54,518 bases of DNA, taken from Candidatus Nanopelagicales bacterium. GTDB taxonomy: Bacteria; Actinomycetota; Actinomycetes; S36-B12. The stretch is from assembly GCA_041675125.1 (NCBI GenBank), contig JBAYUM010000002.1, forward strand, positions 1 to 54,518. Reading direction: 5' to 3'. Positions 9,235-19,473 of the stretch are shown piece after piece (the stretch's first letter is position 1; each line of letters starts with the position of its first letter). The position numbers were made by a program, and so were the translations under genes. The notes under the pieces were generated by a model. That model searched no databases, was not told where the DNA came from, and saw only the letters and a program-made list of their open reading frames with translations.

Positions 9235-9253
9235 AGTCGCAGCCTACGCCCGC

Positions 9254-10405
9254 TCAGCCCTTGCCCGAGGACGAGCCCAGCGTGATCGTGGCCGTACGAG
9301 GGTTGCCATTGCGCTCATAGGTCACCTTGATCTGGTCACCAGGAGCGTTGGTGCGAATTGCGACAACCAGCTCGGTCGCATCATCAATGACACGACCATT
9401 GATCTGGGTGATGATGTCGTCGACCTGCAATCCAGCAGCCTCGGCTGCGCCGCCGCCAGTGACCTTGATGAGCTTGGCACCAGGGCCAGCGAAGTTCATG
9501 TCGAGCGAGACTCCGATGATCGGCGTGCGAGAGTCGCCAGTAGCGATGATCTCCTCAGCGATGCGCTTGGCTGAATTGACCGGAATGGCGAAGCCGAGTC
9601 CGATGCTGCCGCTCTCGCCACCGGACACCAGGGTTGCGATCGCGGAGTTGATGGCGATGACATGACCCGTCGCATCCAGCAGCGGCCCGCCGGAATTGCC
9701 CGGGTTGATTGCAGCATCGGTCTGGATCGCATTGATGAATGAGGTGTCGCCGCTGCCCCCTGCCGTGACAGGCCGGTCGAGAGCGCTGATGATGCCCGAG
9801 GTCACCGTGCCGGCGAGGCCGAGGGGGGCACCGATGGCGATCACTGCGTCGCCGACCCGGACAGCATCAGAATTGCCGAGGATCACCGGAGCCAGGTCCG
9901 CGCGGTCGACCTTGACCACGGCAAGGTCATAGGCCGGATTGGTGCCGACCACAGTTGCCTTGAGCTCGGTGCCGTCAGTGAGCACCACGCCGAGCTTGCC
10001 GCCGCTCTTGACGAGATCGACGACATGGTTGTTGGTCAGGATGTAGCCATCGCTGCGCAGCACGAATCCTGAGCCGCTACCTGCCTCGGTCGGGCCTTCG
10101 GCGACGATCGACACGACAGATGGCAGCACCGCATCGACGATGGCCGAGATCGAGCCCGGACTCGCAGGCGCGACATCGGCAGGTGCCTGCGCGATCACCG
10201 CAGGGGCAGACGAACTCGAGCTCTGGCTCTGACTGCCGATCAGGTAGCCCCCGTATCCAGCGCCCAGTCCGACAATTGCTGCAGTCGCAGCCGCAATGAG
10301 CATGGTCGTGCCGACGCCAGGGCCGCGCTTGGTCACGATCGGCACGAATGTCGGTTGCTCAGAGGTTGCTTCGGGAACTGGCTGTGGGCCGGTCTCGGTC
10401 GTCAT
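9254..10405 (-). CDS. htrA: HtrA/DegP-family S1C serine protease with PDZ domain
   Basis: TNNHVV, NPGNSGGPLLD, a C-terminal PDZ domain and an N-terminal TM helix. ATG 10405 is preceded by GAGGAG. The 23 codons of the longer ORF are rich in A/T-ending codons and look non-coding. Confidence 0.9.
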   Translation of the reverse strand: MTTETGPQPVPEATSEQPTFVPIVTKRGPGVGTTMLIAAATAAIVGLGAGYGGYLIGSQSQSSSSSAPAVIAQAPADVAPASPGSISAIVDAVLPSVVSIVAEGPTEAGSGSGFVLRSDGYILTNNHVVDLVKSGGKLGVVLTDGTELKATVVGTNPAYDLAVVKVDRADLAPVILGNSDAVRVGDAVIAIGAPLGLAGTVTSGIISALDRPVTAGGSGDTSFINAIQTDAAINPGNSGGPLLDATGHVIAINSAIATLVSGGESGSIGLGFAIPVNSAKRIAEEIIATGDSRTPIIGVSLDMNFAGPGAKLIKVTGGGAAEAAGLQVDDIITQINGRVIDDATELVVAIRTNAPGDQIKVTYERNGNPRTATITLGSSSGKG

Positions 10406-10419
10406 GAAGCTCCTCACTC

Positions 10420-11139
10420 GTGGATCTGCAAGCCGCCTTGAGCGTAGACCCATTAGGCTGGACTCAATTCTCACACCCGCGGAGGTGCGCTATTTCAACG
10501 TCCCCTTTACCTTCAAAGGCGGCCTGGAACTATGCTGACGAGTGGCTCGACGAATCCGAGCAGATTCGTGCTGCACGAACCAAGGCCACGGAACTGGGCT
10601 GCATCCCGGTAGCGCCGTCCACCGCGCATGCCCTGCGCGTGCTCGCCCGCGCGATCAATGCCGAGACGGTCGTCGAGGTCGGCACCGGTGCGGGGGTGTC
10701 CGGAGCAGCGCTGCTGTCTGGCATGTCAGACGAGGGCGTGCTCACGTCGATCGACAATGAGGCCGAGGTCCAGCGACTGGCCAGGGAGACCCTCACGGCT
10801 CTTGGCTTTGACCACATCCGTGCTCGCCTCATCACCGGCCGCGCACTCGATGTCCTGCCACGCCTCACTGAAGGCGCCTACGACCTCGTCTTCATCGACG
10901 GTGACCGTACTGAGTACCCGGCGGCTTTGACCCTGGCCAAGCGTCTGCTGCGCAAGGGCGGAGTGGTGGCCTTTGACAACATGCTCACCGATGGCGGAAT
11001 CGCAGATGCCACCAGTCGCAATCCCGAGTCAGTGGCCTTGCGCGATGTCGCGCACGCACTTCGCGACGATGACCACTGGATCCCCGCCATGCTCACCGTC
11101 GGCGCAGGCCTGCTCGTGGCGATCAAGATCGACGGGTAG
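10420..11139 (+). CDS. class I SAM-dependent O-methyltransferase (caffeoyl-CoA OMT-like)
   Basis: VEVGTGAGVSG motif I and FIDGD. The start is unresolved: the first ~35 codons contain two TTA and many A/T-ending codons. Confidence 0.75.
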   Translation: MDLQAALSVDPLGWTQFSHPRRCAISTSPLPSKAAWNYADEWLDESEQIRAARTKATELGCIPVAPSTAHALRVLARAINAETVVEVGTGAGVSGAALLSGMSDEGVLTSIDNEAEVQRLARETLTALGFDHIRARLITGRALDVLPRLTEGAYDLVFIDGDRTEYPAALTLAKRLLRKGGVVAFDNMLTDGGIADATSRNPESVALRDVAHALRDDDHWIPAMLTVGAGLLVAIKIDG

Positions 11140-11164
11140 CACTCGAACCCGGCTGGAACTGGAC

Positions 11165-11204
11165 AAACAAAAAGGGCTGAGGGATTTCCCTCAGCCCTTT
11201 TTCA
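11165..11204. terminator. bidirectional intrinsic terminator
   Basis: GGGCTGAGGG (11174-11183) pairs with CCCTCAGCCC (11188-11197) around the loop ATTT. An A-tract lies 5' and TTTTT lies 3'. It sits between convergent genes. Confidence 0.75.
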
Positions 11205-11211
11205 CGTGTGT

Positions 11212-11379
11212 TCAGGCAAAGACTGCCAGCAGGCTGTCACCGAGATTCTTGGCTTCCTCGGCATTGAGCTCAACTACGAGCCGTCCACCGCCCTCAAGTG
11301 GTACGCGCATGACATAGCCACGCCCCTCCTTGGTGACCTCGAGCGGGCCATCACCCGTTCGTGGCTTCATCGCGGCCAT
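11212..11379 (-). CDS. DUF3117-like small protein
   Basis: MAAMKPRTGDGPLEVTKEGRGYVMRVPLEGGGRLVVELNAEEAKNLGDSL. AAAGGGGA lies 4 nt upstream of ATG 11379. Confidence 0.75.
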   Translation of the reverse strand: MAAMKPRTGDGPLEVTKEGRGYVMRVPLEGGGRLVVELNAEEAKNLGDSLLAVFA

Positions 11380-11489
11380 CGCGTCCCCTTTCGTCTTGCC
11401 GCCCATTATTCCGGATCCCCACGGCCTATGAACCACCGGTCACGGTTTTAGGCGTTTGACTCGACTCTGCGCTCGATTACGGCCGCACT

Positions 11490-11723
11490 TCAGTCACGCG
11501 TCATCCGCCCATCGCGCAGTCGGCTGATCTCGTGCTGCAATCGGGTGATCACCTCGTCAACCTCGTCCATCCGGTATCCACGGAAGACCACATCGAATCG
11601 CGGATGCTCTGGATCGGCCTCCGGGCGCAGGTCGACAACAGGGTCCGGCAGACCACCTTGCCGGCCCACCACGACGAGCGTGAGCCCTGCCACTACCGCG
11701 ATCGCGATAAAGACGAAAGTCAT
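11490..11723 (-). CDS. small membrane-anchored DivIVA-domain protein
   Basis: An N-terminal TM helix is followed by the FDVVFRGYRMDEVDEVI DivIVA-N motif. Confidence 0.7.
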   Translation of the reverse strand: MTFVFIAIAVVAGLTLVVVGRQGGLPDPVVDLRPEADPEHPRFDVVFRGYRMDEVDEVITRLQHEISRLRDGRMTRD

Positions 11724-11792
11724 GCGTGTATTGGATCATGCTGCGACCACCCCTTGAAGCGGCAGCCATGGATTCATGTCAGGCTGCTCCCC

Positions 11793-12671
11793 ATGCCGAT
11801 TGCTGGGCCATTGATCCTTGGCCGACAACGATTCGAGATCGACGACCGCACCATCATGGCCATCGTCAATCGCACCCAGGACTCCTTCTTCAAGGGCGGT
11901 TCGACATTCGAGGATGCCGATGCGATGGCAGCCGTGAGCGCTGCTGTCGAAGCCGGCGCCCACGTCATCGATATCGGCGGGGTCAAGGCCGGACCTGGAG
12001 CCGAGATCGATCCGCAGGAGGAGATCAGTCGGACTGCGTCGTTCGTCGCAAAGGTCCGAGAACGCTTCCCTGACGTCGTGATCAGTGTCGACACCTGGCG
12101 AGCCGAGGTCGGGCGCGCGGTATGCAAGGAGGGAGCCGATCTGCTGAACGACGCATGGGGCGGTGTGGACCCCGGACTTGCGGAGGTAGCAGCAGAATTC
12201 GGCGTCGGAATCGTCTGCACGCATGCGGGCGGCCAGGAGCCACGCACCCGCCCACACCGCGTTCACTACGACGATGTCATGGCAGCAATCGTGGACTACA
12301 CCTGTGCTCTTGCCCAGCGCGCCGTTGACCTCGGTGTCGCACTGGACAAGATCATCATTGATCCTGGCCATGACTTCGGCAAGAACACCGCTCATTCCCT
12401 GGAGGCAACCCGAAGGCTGAAGGAGATGGTCGACACCGGTTGGCCTGTGCTGGTCTCGCTGTCACGCAAGGATTTCGTCGGTGAGACCCTAGGGCTCGCT
12501 GACCCGAACGATCGACTGCTCGGCACCCTTGCCGCGACATCCGTCTCCTCGCACCTGGGAGCCCGGATGTATCGCGTGCACGATGTCAGCGCTACACGAC
12601 AGACCCTTGAGATGGAACGCGCAATTGCAGGTGTCACCCGCCCCAAGGTCGCACGTCGTGGACTTGCCTGA
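11793..12671 (+). CDS. folP: dihydropteroate synthase family protein (FolP/FolP2-like)
   Basis: Pterin-binding barrel motifs IMAIVNRTQDSF, VIDIGG, DTW, ND, DPG. The start is trimmed to ATG 11793 because the longer ORF overlaps the divergent gene. Confidence 0.85.
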   Translation: MPIAGPLILGRQRFEIDDRTIMAIVNRTQDSFFKGGSTFEDADAMAAVSAAVEAGAHVIDIGGVKAGPGAEIDPQEEISRTASFVAKVRERFPDVVISVDTWRAEVGRAVCKEGADLLNDAWGGVDPGLAEVAAEFGVGIVCTHAGGQEPRTRPHRVHYDDVMAAIVDYTCALAQRAVDLGVALDKIIIDPGHDFGKNTAHSLEATRRLKEMVDTGWPVLVSLSRKDFVGETLGLADPNDRLLGTLAATSVSSHLGARMYRVHDVSATRQTLEMERAIAGVTRPKVARRGLA

Positions 12672-12781
12672 CTTCACGGCTCTTACCTAGCGCTAACGCG
12701 TTCACGATCTCCACCGAACAGCACGATGGTCTCCTGCTGTCACTGCAGTAATCCCGCACTGCATGACGACAAGGAGAGCGC

Positions 12782-13279
12782 ATGAAACGGAACAAGAAGG
12801 TCAATCGCATCGCCACAGGCGTCGCCGCTGGCGCATTGCTCGCCGTGGGCGTGACCGGAATCGCGACTTCGGCCCAGGCCGCAACGAGGTCCGATCAGAG
12901 CACGACATCGCAGCAGGCTCTGCCCCATGGAATGCGCGATCATGGTGGCCCGGGCAATCGAGCCCACGCAGATCGCAGCCTGCCCGTGCATGGAGAGACG
13001 GTGACCAAGGCAACCGACGGCTCATTCGTTACGCATGTCATGGTTTCCGGAACAGTGACATCGGTGAGCGCAACCTCGATCTCAGTCAAGGCTGCTGACG
13101 ATTACAGCGCAACCTTCGTCATCAACAGCAGCACCGACGTGCGCACCACCTCATCGGGTGGGACGATCAGTGACATCAAGGTGGGCGACTCCGTGCATGT
13201 CGATGGCACCAAGTCAGGGAGCACCATCACCGCCGACGAGGTGCATGCGGGCACGCCGGGCGCCAAGCCTGCGAAGTAG
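12782..13279 (+). CDS. secreted protein of unknown function (signal peptide, His-rich segment, beta-rich repeat)
   Basis: MKRNKKVNRIATGVAAGALLAVGVTGIATSAQA signal peptide with AAGGAGAG SD. Two similar G(T/D)V.SV....I.V segments are present. The gene has more A/T-ending codons than its neighbours. Confidence 0.6.
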   Translation: MKRNKKVNRIATGVAAGALLAVGVTGIATSAQAATRSDQSTTSQQALPHGMRDHGGPGNRAHADRSLPVHGETVTKATDGSFVTHVMVSGTVTSVSATSISVKAADDYSATFVINSSTDVRTTSSGGTISDIKVGDSVHVDGTKSGSTITADEVHAGTPGAKPAK

Positions 13280-13285
13280 GAGCAG

Positions 13286-13840
13286 TCACGCGCCAGTGGC
13301 CCATGCGGACTGGATCGCGTCGCCCGCCTCCTGCGCTGTCGTCGTCCAGACCACTTGGGCCACTGCGTGCTCATGGACAAAGCCCATGTCTCGCCAGTGC
13401 TGCACCTGCTGACGCAGGAGATCGAAGTCACCCCAGGGGTCGAGCACGACGATGGGCTTGTCGTGCATGCGCAGATGCCGGGAGGTCCACACCTCCATGA
13501 GCTCCTCCAGGGTTCCAATGCCGCCTGGAAGGCACAGGAAGGCCTCGGCTCGCTCATCCATGATGCCCTTGCGCTCACGCATATTGTCGGTGATCACCAA
13601 CTCGTCGGCATCGCGGTCAGCGACCTCCCACTCCAGCAGCGACCGGGGAATCACCCCGATCGTGCTCGCCCCGCCTGCCCGAACCGCCCTGGCCACGGCC
13701 CCCATCATCGACTGCGATCCGCCGCCCGAGACCAGCGTCCAGTGACGCTGTGCAATAAGGCTGCCGACCTGCGTTGCCAGTTCGAGGTAACGCTCGGGGA
13801 TGTAGGGGCTGGAGGCGCAGTACACGCACACGGTCGACAT
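13286..13840 (-). CDS. LOG-family (TIGR00730) nucleotide phosphoribohydrolase
   Basis: GGGSQSMMGAV and PGGIGTLEEL motifs. Confidence 0.85.
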   Translation of the reverse strand: MSTVCVYCASSPYIPERYLELATQVGSLIAQRHWTLVSGGGSQSMMGAVARAVRAGGASTIGVIPRSLLEWEVADRDADELVITDNMRERKGIMDERAEAFLCLPGGIGTLEELMEVWTSRHLRMHDKPIVVLDPWGDFDLLRQQVQHWRDMGFVHEHAVAQVVWTTTAQEAGDAIQSAWATGA

Positions 13841-13890
13841 CCCGCAAGCCTAGACACCTGGATTTGCACTCCCTCCAAATTGGTTGTACC

Positions 13891-13923
13891 TTCAACTAAC
13901 TGATTGATTCTTCAACTATTGAA
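13891..13923. promoter_or_regulatory. repeat/palindrome in the AT-rich divergent LOG/yceI promoter region
   Basis: TTCAACTA occurs at 13891-13898 and 13911-13918. The second copy forms the palindrome TTCAA-CTA-TTGAA (13911-13923), 12 nt before the yceI-like ATG. Confidence 0.3.
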
Positions 13924-13934
13924 AGGGCAACGAC

Positions 13935-14495
13935 ATGAGCACCGCCACCACCGCAGGCCTGAGCACCCTGACCGGCGCCTACGCCATCGATAACAGCCAC
14001 AGCACCATCGGCTTCTCCGCGCGACACGCGATGGTGGCCAAGGTCCGTGGCCGCTTCGCCGAATTCACCGGCTCCTTCACCCTCGACGGCGCCAACCCGG
14101 AGAACTCGTCGGCCGAGCTCGTCATCCAGACCGCGAGCATCGACACCAAGAACGATGACCGCGATGCGCACCTCAAGGGCACGGACTTCCTGAACGTCGA
14201 GGTCAACCCGACCCTCAGCTTCAAGTCGACCTCCGTTGCAGCCAAGAGCGAGGACACCTTCGTGGTGACCGGCGACCTGACCCTGGGCCAGATCACCAGG
14301 TCTATCGACGTCATCTTCGAACTGCTGGGCACCAGCACCGACCCATGGGGCGGTTCACGCATTGGCTTCGAAGGTCAGGCTGAATTCAGCCGAAAGGACT
14401 TCGGCCTCGTCTGGAACGTGGCGCTCGAGACCGGCGGCGTGCTGGTCAGCGACACCGTCAAGATCAACCTCGACGTGTCAGCGGTCAAGCAGTAG
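13935..14495 (+). CDS. YceI-family (polyisoprenoid-binding-like) protein
   Basis: YAIDNSHSTIGFSARHAMVAKVRGRF..F.G signature with a lipocalin-like beta pattern. Confidence 0.85.
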   Translation: MSTATTAGLSTLTGAYAIDNSHSTIGFSARHAMVAKVRGRFAEFTGSFTLDGANPENSSAELVIQTASIDTKNDDRDAHLKGTDFLNVEVNPTLSFKSTSVAAKSEDTFVVTGDLTLGQITRSIDVIFELLGTSTDPWGGSRIGFEGQAEFSRKDFGLVWNVALETGGVLVSDTVKINLDVSAVKQ

Positions 14496-15563
14496 TCAAT
14501 TCGCGGTGGTGAGCCACTTCAGCAACCGTTCGTGGCAACTGCGCACCTGCTCCACCGAGACCCACTCATCGACCTGATGGGCGATACTCGGGTCCCCTGG
14601 CCCGAAATTCAGGGCAGGGGTTCCCAGCTCGGTGAAGCGCGCAACATCCGTCCAACCGAATTTCGGTTGCGGGGCAACACCGATGGCCTCGACAAACGCA
14701 GCGGCAGCGGCTCGATCAAGACCTGGTCGGGCCGCCGCTGCCTCATCGACGAAGACCACGTCGAATCCCGTGAACACCTGCTCGACATGCGCCTTGGCCT
14801 CGTCAAGGGTGCGGTCCGGCGCGAAGCGGTAGTTCACCGTCACGACACAGGCATCAGGAATGACATTGCCCGCAATGCCGCCTTGGATGCCGACAGCGCT
14901 CAGGCCCTCGTGATAGGTCAGTCCGTCGACCACGGGCAGTCGCGGCTCGTACTGCTGCAGGCGGGTCAGCACTTGCGCAGCAGCATGCACGGCGTTCACG
15001 CCCATCCATGATCGCGCGCTGTGCGAACGCACGCCCGCAAGGCGTATTTCAGCGCGCAGGGTGCCCTGGCATCCGGCTTCGATACCAGCGTTCGAGGGCT
15101 CCATCAGGATGGCCAGCGAGGCCTCCAGCAGTTCCGGCTCCTTGGTGACGATGTGCTGCAGGCCATTGAACTGGGAGGCGACTTCCTCGCATTCGTAGAA
15201 GACATAGGTGACATCGCGCACCGGCCGCGTCACGGATGCAGCCAACGACAGCGCGACCGCCAGGCCGCCCTTCATGTCGCAGGCACCCAGCCCGTAGAGC
15301 CGATCCCCATCGAGGCGATGCGGGAGGTTGCCTGCCCCCGGAACAGTGTCCAGGTGTCCACCGATCAATACGCGTTCCGGACGCCCTGCATCCGTGCGGG
15401 CCACGATCGTGTTGCCGTGTCGAACGAGGCGCAGGTGCCCATAGGCCTGCAGGGCGGACTCGACGAGGTCGGCAAGGTGGCCCTCGTGATGCGACTCCGA
15501 GGGCACGTCGATGAGGGCAGCGGCAAGAGACGCGACATCTGTTGAAAGATCCAGGCTGGGCAC
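14496..15563 (-). CDS. dapE: succinyl-diaminopimelate desuccinylase (M20 family)
   Basis: The N-terminus [16 protein letters not shown] and M20 metal-ligand regions closely resemble mycobacterial DapE as I recall it. It is divergent from dapD. Confidence 0.85.
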   Translation of the reverse strand: MPSLDLSTDVASLAAALIDVPSESHHEGHLADLVESALQAYGHLRLVRHGNTIVARTDAGRPERVLIGGHLDTVPGAGNLPHRLDGDRLYGLGACDMKGGLAVALSLAASVTRPVRDVTYVFYECEEVASQFNGLQHIVTKEPELLEASLAILMEPSNAGIEAGCQGTLRAEIRLAGVRSHSARSWMGVNAVHAAAQVLTRLQQYEPRLPVVDGLTYHEGLSAVGIQGGIAGNVIPDACVVTVNYRFAPDRTLDEAKAHVEQVFTGFDVVFVDEAAAARPGLDRAAAAAFVEAIGVAPQPKFGWTDVARFTELGTPALNFGPGDPSIAHQVDEWVSVEQVRSCHERLLKWLTTAN

Positions 15564-16532
15564 ATGGCTACGGTAGTCGCCATGTCCCCCTCATCTGTTG
15601 AACTGTCCGCTGTATCCGGCCCCGCAGCCGCAATCGGGCTCGCCACCATCGTGGGTGATCAGGTGCTGGATGTCTGGTACCCCGAGCCCGCACTGACGTC
15701 CTCACCGACCGATGTCAGCGGCCTGAGCAGCGCCATCGACAACGACGCGATCCGTGGTGTCAATGTCGTGACCGTTGTGACGAGCATCGATGACCTGGCA
15801 CAGGCACCCAAGGATGCGGCCGATGCCTATCTGCGGCTGCACCTGCTCTCACACCGACTGGTGCGGCCGCGGACCATCAATCTCGACGGCATCTTCGGCC
15901 TGCTTGCGAATGTCGCCTGGACCAGCCTTGGCCCAGTCCCGATCGACCAGCTGGCAGACACGCGCGTTCGCGCCCGCACCAAGGGTCATCACGTGACGGT
16001 CTACAGCGTCGACAAGTTTCCGCGCATGGTCGATTACGTGGTGCCGACAGGCGTGCGCATCGCTGATGCCGACCGGGTGCGGCTGGGCGCACATGTGGCA
16101 AGCGGCACGACCGTCATGCATGAGGGCTTCATCAACTTCAACGCAGGCACCCTTGGCACCTCAATGGTCGAAGGCCGCATCTCTGCTGGAGTCCTCGTCG
16201 GCGATGGCTCTGACATCGGCGGTGGCGCCTCGATCATGGGCACGCTCTCGGGCGGCGGCAAGGAGGTGGTCACCATCGGAGCCGGTTCGCTCATCGGCGC
16301 CAATGCCGGGGTTGGCCTCAGTCTCGGCGACAACTGCGTCGTCGAAGCCGGGCTCTACGTGACCGCCGGTTCCAAGGTCACCATGCCCGACGGGACAGTT
16401 GCCAAGGCCAAGGAGGTGTCAGGTGACGACAACCTGCTCTTCCGCCGCAACTCGCAGACCGGCGCAATCGAGGTGGTGTCGCGCAGGGGCACCTGGGGCG
16501 GGCTCAATGCCGCCTTGCATGCCAACGACTAG
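15564..16532 (+). CDS. dapD: tetrahydrodipicolinate N-succinyltransferase
   Basis: [27 protein letters not shown] and hexapeptide repeats. The start is ATG 15564 or ATG 15582. Confidence 0.85.
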   Translation: MATVVAMSPSSVELSAVSGPAAAIGLATIVGDQVLDVWYPEPALTSSPTDVSGLSSAIDNDAIRGVNVVTVVTSIDDLAQAPKDAADAYLRLHLLSHRLVRPRTINLDGIFGLLANVAWTSLGPVPIDQLADTRVRARTKGHHVTVYSVDKFPRMVDYVVPTGVRIADADRVRLGAHVASGTTVMHEGFINFNAGTLGTSMVEGRISAGVLVGDGSDIGGGASIMGTLSGGGKEVVTIGAGSLIGANAGVGLSLGDNCVVEAGLYVTAGSKVTMPDGTVAKAKEVSGDDNLLFRRNSQTGAIEVVSRRGTWGGLNAALHAND

Positions 16533-16561
16533 CAGCGCATCCATACGCGTGCCAGAACAGC

Positions 16562-16594
16562 AGTGGGGGCCGACCCATCAGGTCGGCCCCCACT
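16562..16594. terminator. bidirectional intrinsic terminator hairpin
   Basis: AGTGGGGGCCGAC (16562-16574) pairs with GTCGGCCCCCACT (16582-16594), a 13-bp perfect stem. It lies between convergent dapD and gltA. Confidence 0.75.
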
Positions 16595-16625
16595 TGCACA
16601 TTCCAGGGTGCTTGCGCAGCAGTCT

Positions 16626-17909
<1,284 letters not shown>

Positions 17910-17985
17910 GTCGTCTTCTCCTTCTCAGCGGACCGACACTACAGACTGCCCCTCGTGCTTCGCCATCCGGTGCTGGGCGGGCGAA

Positions 17986-19071
17986 TCACAGGGCCAATCT
18001 GGCTGGAACCTGACCGATGGCCTCGTCGGTCGCAGTGAGGGCTATGCGCACATGATGCGCACCGGCCTCGCCGTAGAAATCTCCGGGCGTCACGAGTACC
18101 CCTCGCTCGGAGAACCAGGCAACGGTGTCCCAGCAGGGCTCTTCACGCGTGGTCCACAGATACAGTCCGGCCGCACTGTCATCGATCGTGAACCCTGCTG
18201 CCTGCAAGCACGTTCTCAGGAGCTCGCGCCGACGGCGGTAGCGCTCGCGCTGCTCGGCAACATGCACATCATCGCTGTAGGCAACTGCCGCTGCGTGCTG
18301 CACCGGCCCCGGAACCATCAGCCCACCGTGCTTGCGCACTTCGAGCAGCTGCTTGATGAGCACCGGATCGCCGGCCGCGAAACCGAAACGGTACCCAGCG
18401 AAGTTGGATCGCTTGGAGAGCGAGTGAACGGCCAGGAGTCCCTGGTGGTCAGCGCCGCAGACAACTGGATGGAGCACGGAGACGGGCTCGGCATCCCAGG
18501 CCAGCTCGTAGTAGCACTCGTCGCTGGCGACGATCGCGCTGGTCGACCGAGCGTGCTCGACGATGCCGCGCATGCGATCGGCAGTGAGCACATTGCCCGT
18601 GGGATTGCCAGGGGTGTTCAGCCAGATCAGGGCCGCATCTGCGACCTGCTCCGGCTCGTCTGTTGCCGTGACCCGCGCCCCGCACAGTGCGGCACCGACG
18701 GCGTAGGTCGGATAGGCGACCCGTGGGATGACGATGTGGTCATCCGGGCCCAGTCCCAGGAGAGTGGGCAACCAGGCCACGAACTCCTTGGAGCCGATGG
18801 TCGGCAGGATCGACATCGGATTCACCGAGGTACCGAGAATCCGCTTCATCCACGCCGCGCACGACTCGCGCAGCTCCGCAGTGCCAAGGGTCGTGGGGTA
18901 GCCCGGCGAATTCGCCGCTGCGATCAGGGCCTGCTGCACGATTACCGGAGTTGGATCGACTGGCGTTCCTACTGATAGGTCGACGATGCCACTGGGGTGC
19001 GCCGCTGCTCGTTGCGAGTAGGGCGCGAGCAGGTCCCAGGGGAAGTCAGGCAGCTCATGGGCCTTGCCCAT
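17986..19071 (-). CDS. dapC: PLP aminotransferase (succinyldiaminopimelate transaminase DapC-like)
   Basis: HSLSKRSNFAGYR PLP-lysine motif. The start is trimmed to ATG 19071, 2 nt after the fdxA stop. Confidence 0.8.
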   Translation of the reverse strand: MGKAHELPDFPWDLLAPYSQRAAAHPSGIVDLSVGTPVDPTPVIVQQALIAAANSPGYPTTLGTAELRESCAAWMKRILGTSVNPMSILPTIGSKEFVAWLPTLLGLGPDDHIVIPRVAYPTYAVGAALCGARVTATDEPEQVADAALIWLNTPGNPTGNVLTADRMRGIVEHARSTSAIVASDECYYELAWDAEPVSVLHPVVCGADHQGLLAVHSLSKRSNFAGYRFGFAAGDPVLIKQLLEVRKHGGLMVPGPVQHAAAVAYSDDVHVAEQRERYRRRRELLRTCLQAAGFTIDDSAAGLYLWTTREEPCWDTVAWFSERGVLVTPGDFYGEAGAHHVRIALTATDEAIGQVPARLAL

Positions 19072-19073
19072 TG

Positions 19074-19400
19074 CTAGTGGTCGTGCTCCTGAGGCGGCAG
19101 GCTCTTGACGATCTCCGCGTCGAAGGTCTGCGCACCGAGCTTCGCTGCTCCGCCGGGGGAACCGAGCTCCGCGAAGAACTCCGCATTGGCTGCGGTGTAG
19201 GCGCTCCACTCCTCGGGAACGTCGTCCTCGTAGTAGATCGCCTCAACCGGGCAAACCGGTTCACAGGCACCACAGTCAACGCACTCGTCGGGCTGGATGT
19301 AGAGCATCCGGTCGCCTTCGTAAATGCAGTCGACTGGGCATTCCTCAATACAGGCCTTGTCCTTGAGGTCTACACACGGCAATGCGATGACGTAGGTCAC
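19074..19400 (-). CDS. fdxA: 7Fe ferredoxin
   Basis: MTYVIALPCVDLKDKACIEECPVDCIYEG...CVDCGACEPVCPVEAI. Confidence 0.9.
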   Translation of the reverse strand: MTYVIALPCVDLKDKACIEECPVDCIYEGDRMLYIQPDECVDCGACEPVCPVEAIYYEDDVPEEWSAYTAANAEFFAELGSPGGAAKLGAQTFDAEIVKSLPPQEHDH

Positions 19401-19447
19401 CTTGTCCTCCAGCGGTCACGGGGATGAGCAACCCCAAACTTACACAA

Positions 19448-19461
19448 GGCCGACTTCGGCC
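19448..19461 (-). terminator. possible terminator hairpin after the VanW-like gene
   Basis: GGCCG-ACTT-CGGCC lies 13 nt past the stop and is followed on the minus strand by TTGTGTAAGTTT. The stem is short. Confidence 0.35.
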
Positions 19462-19473
19462 TGATGAGACCAC

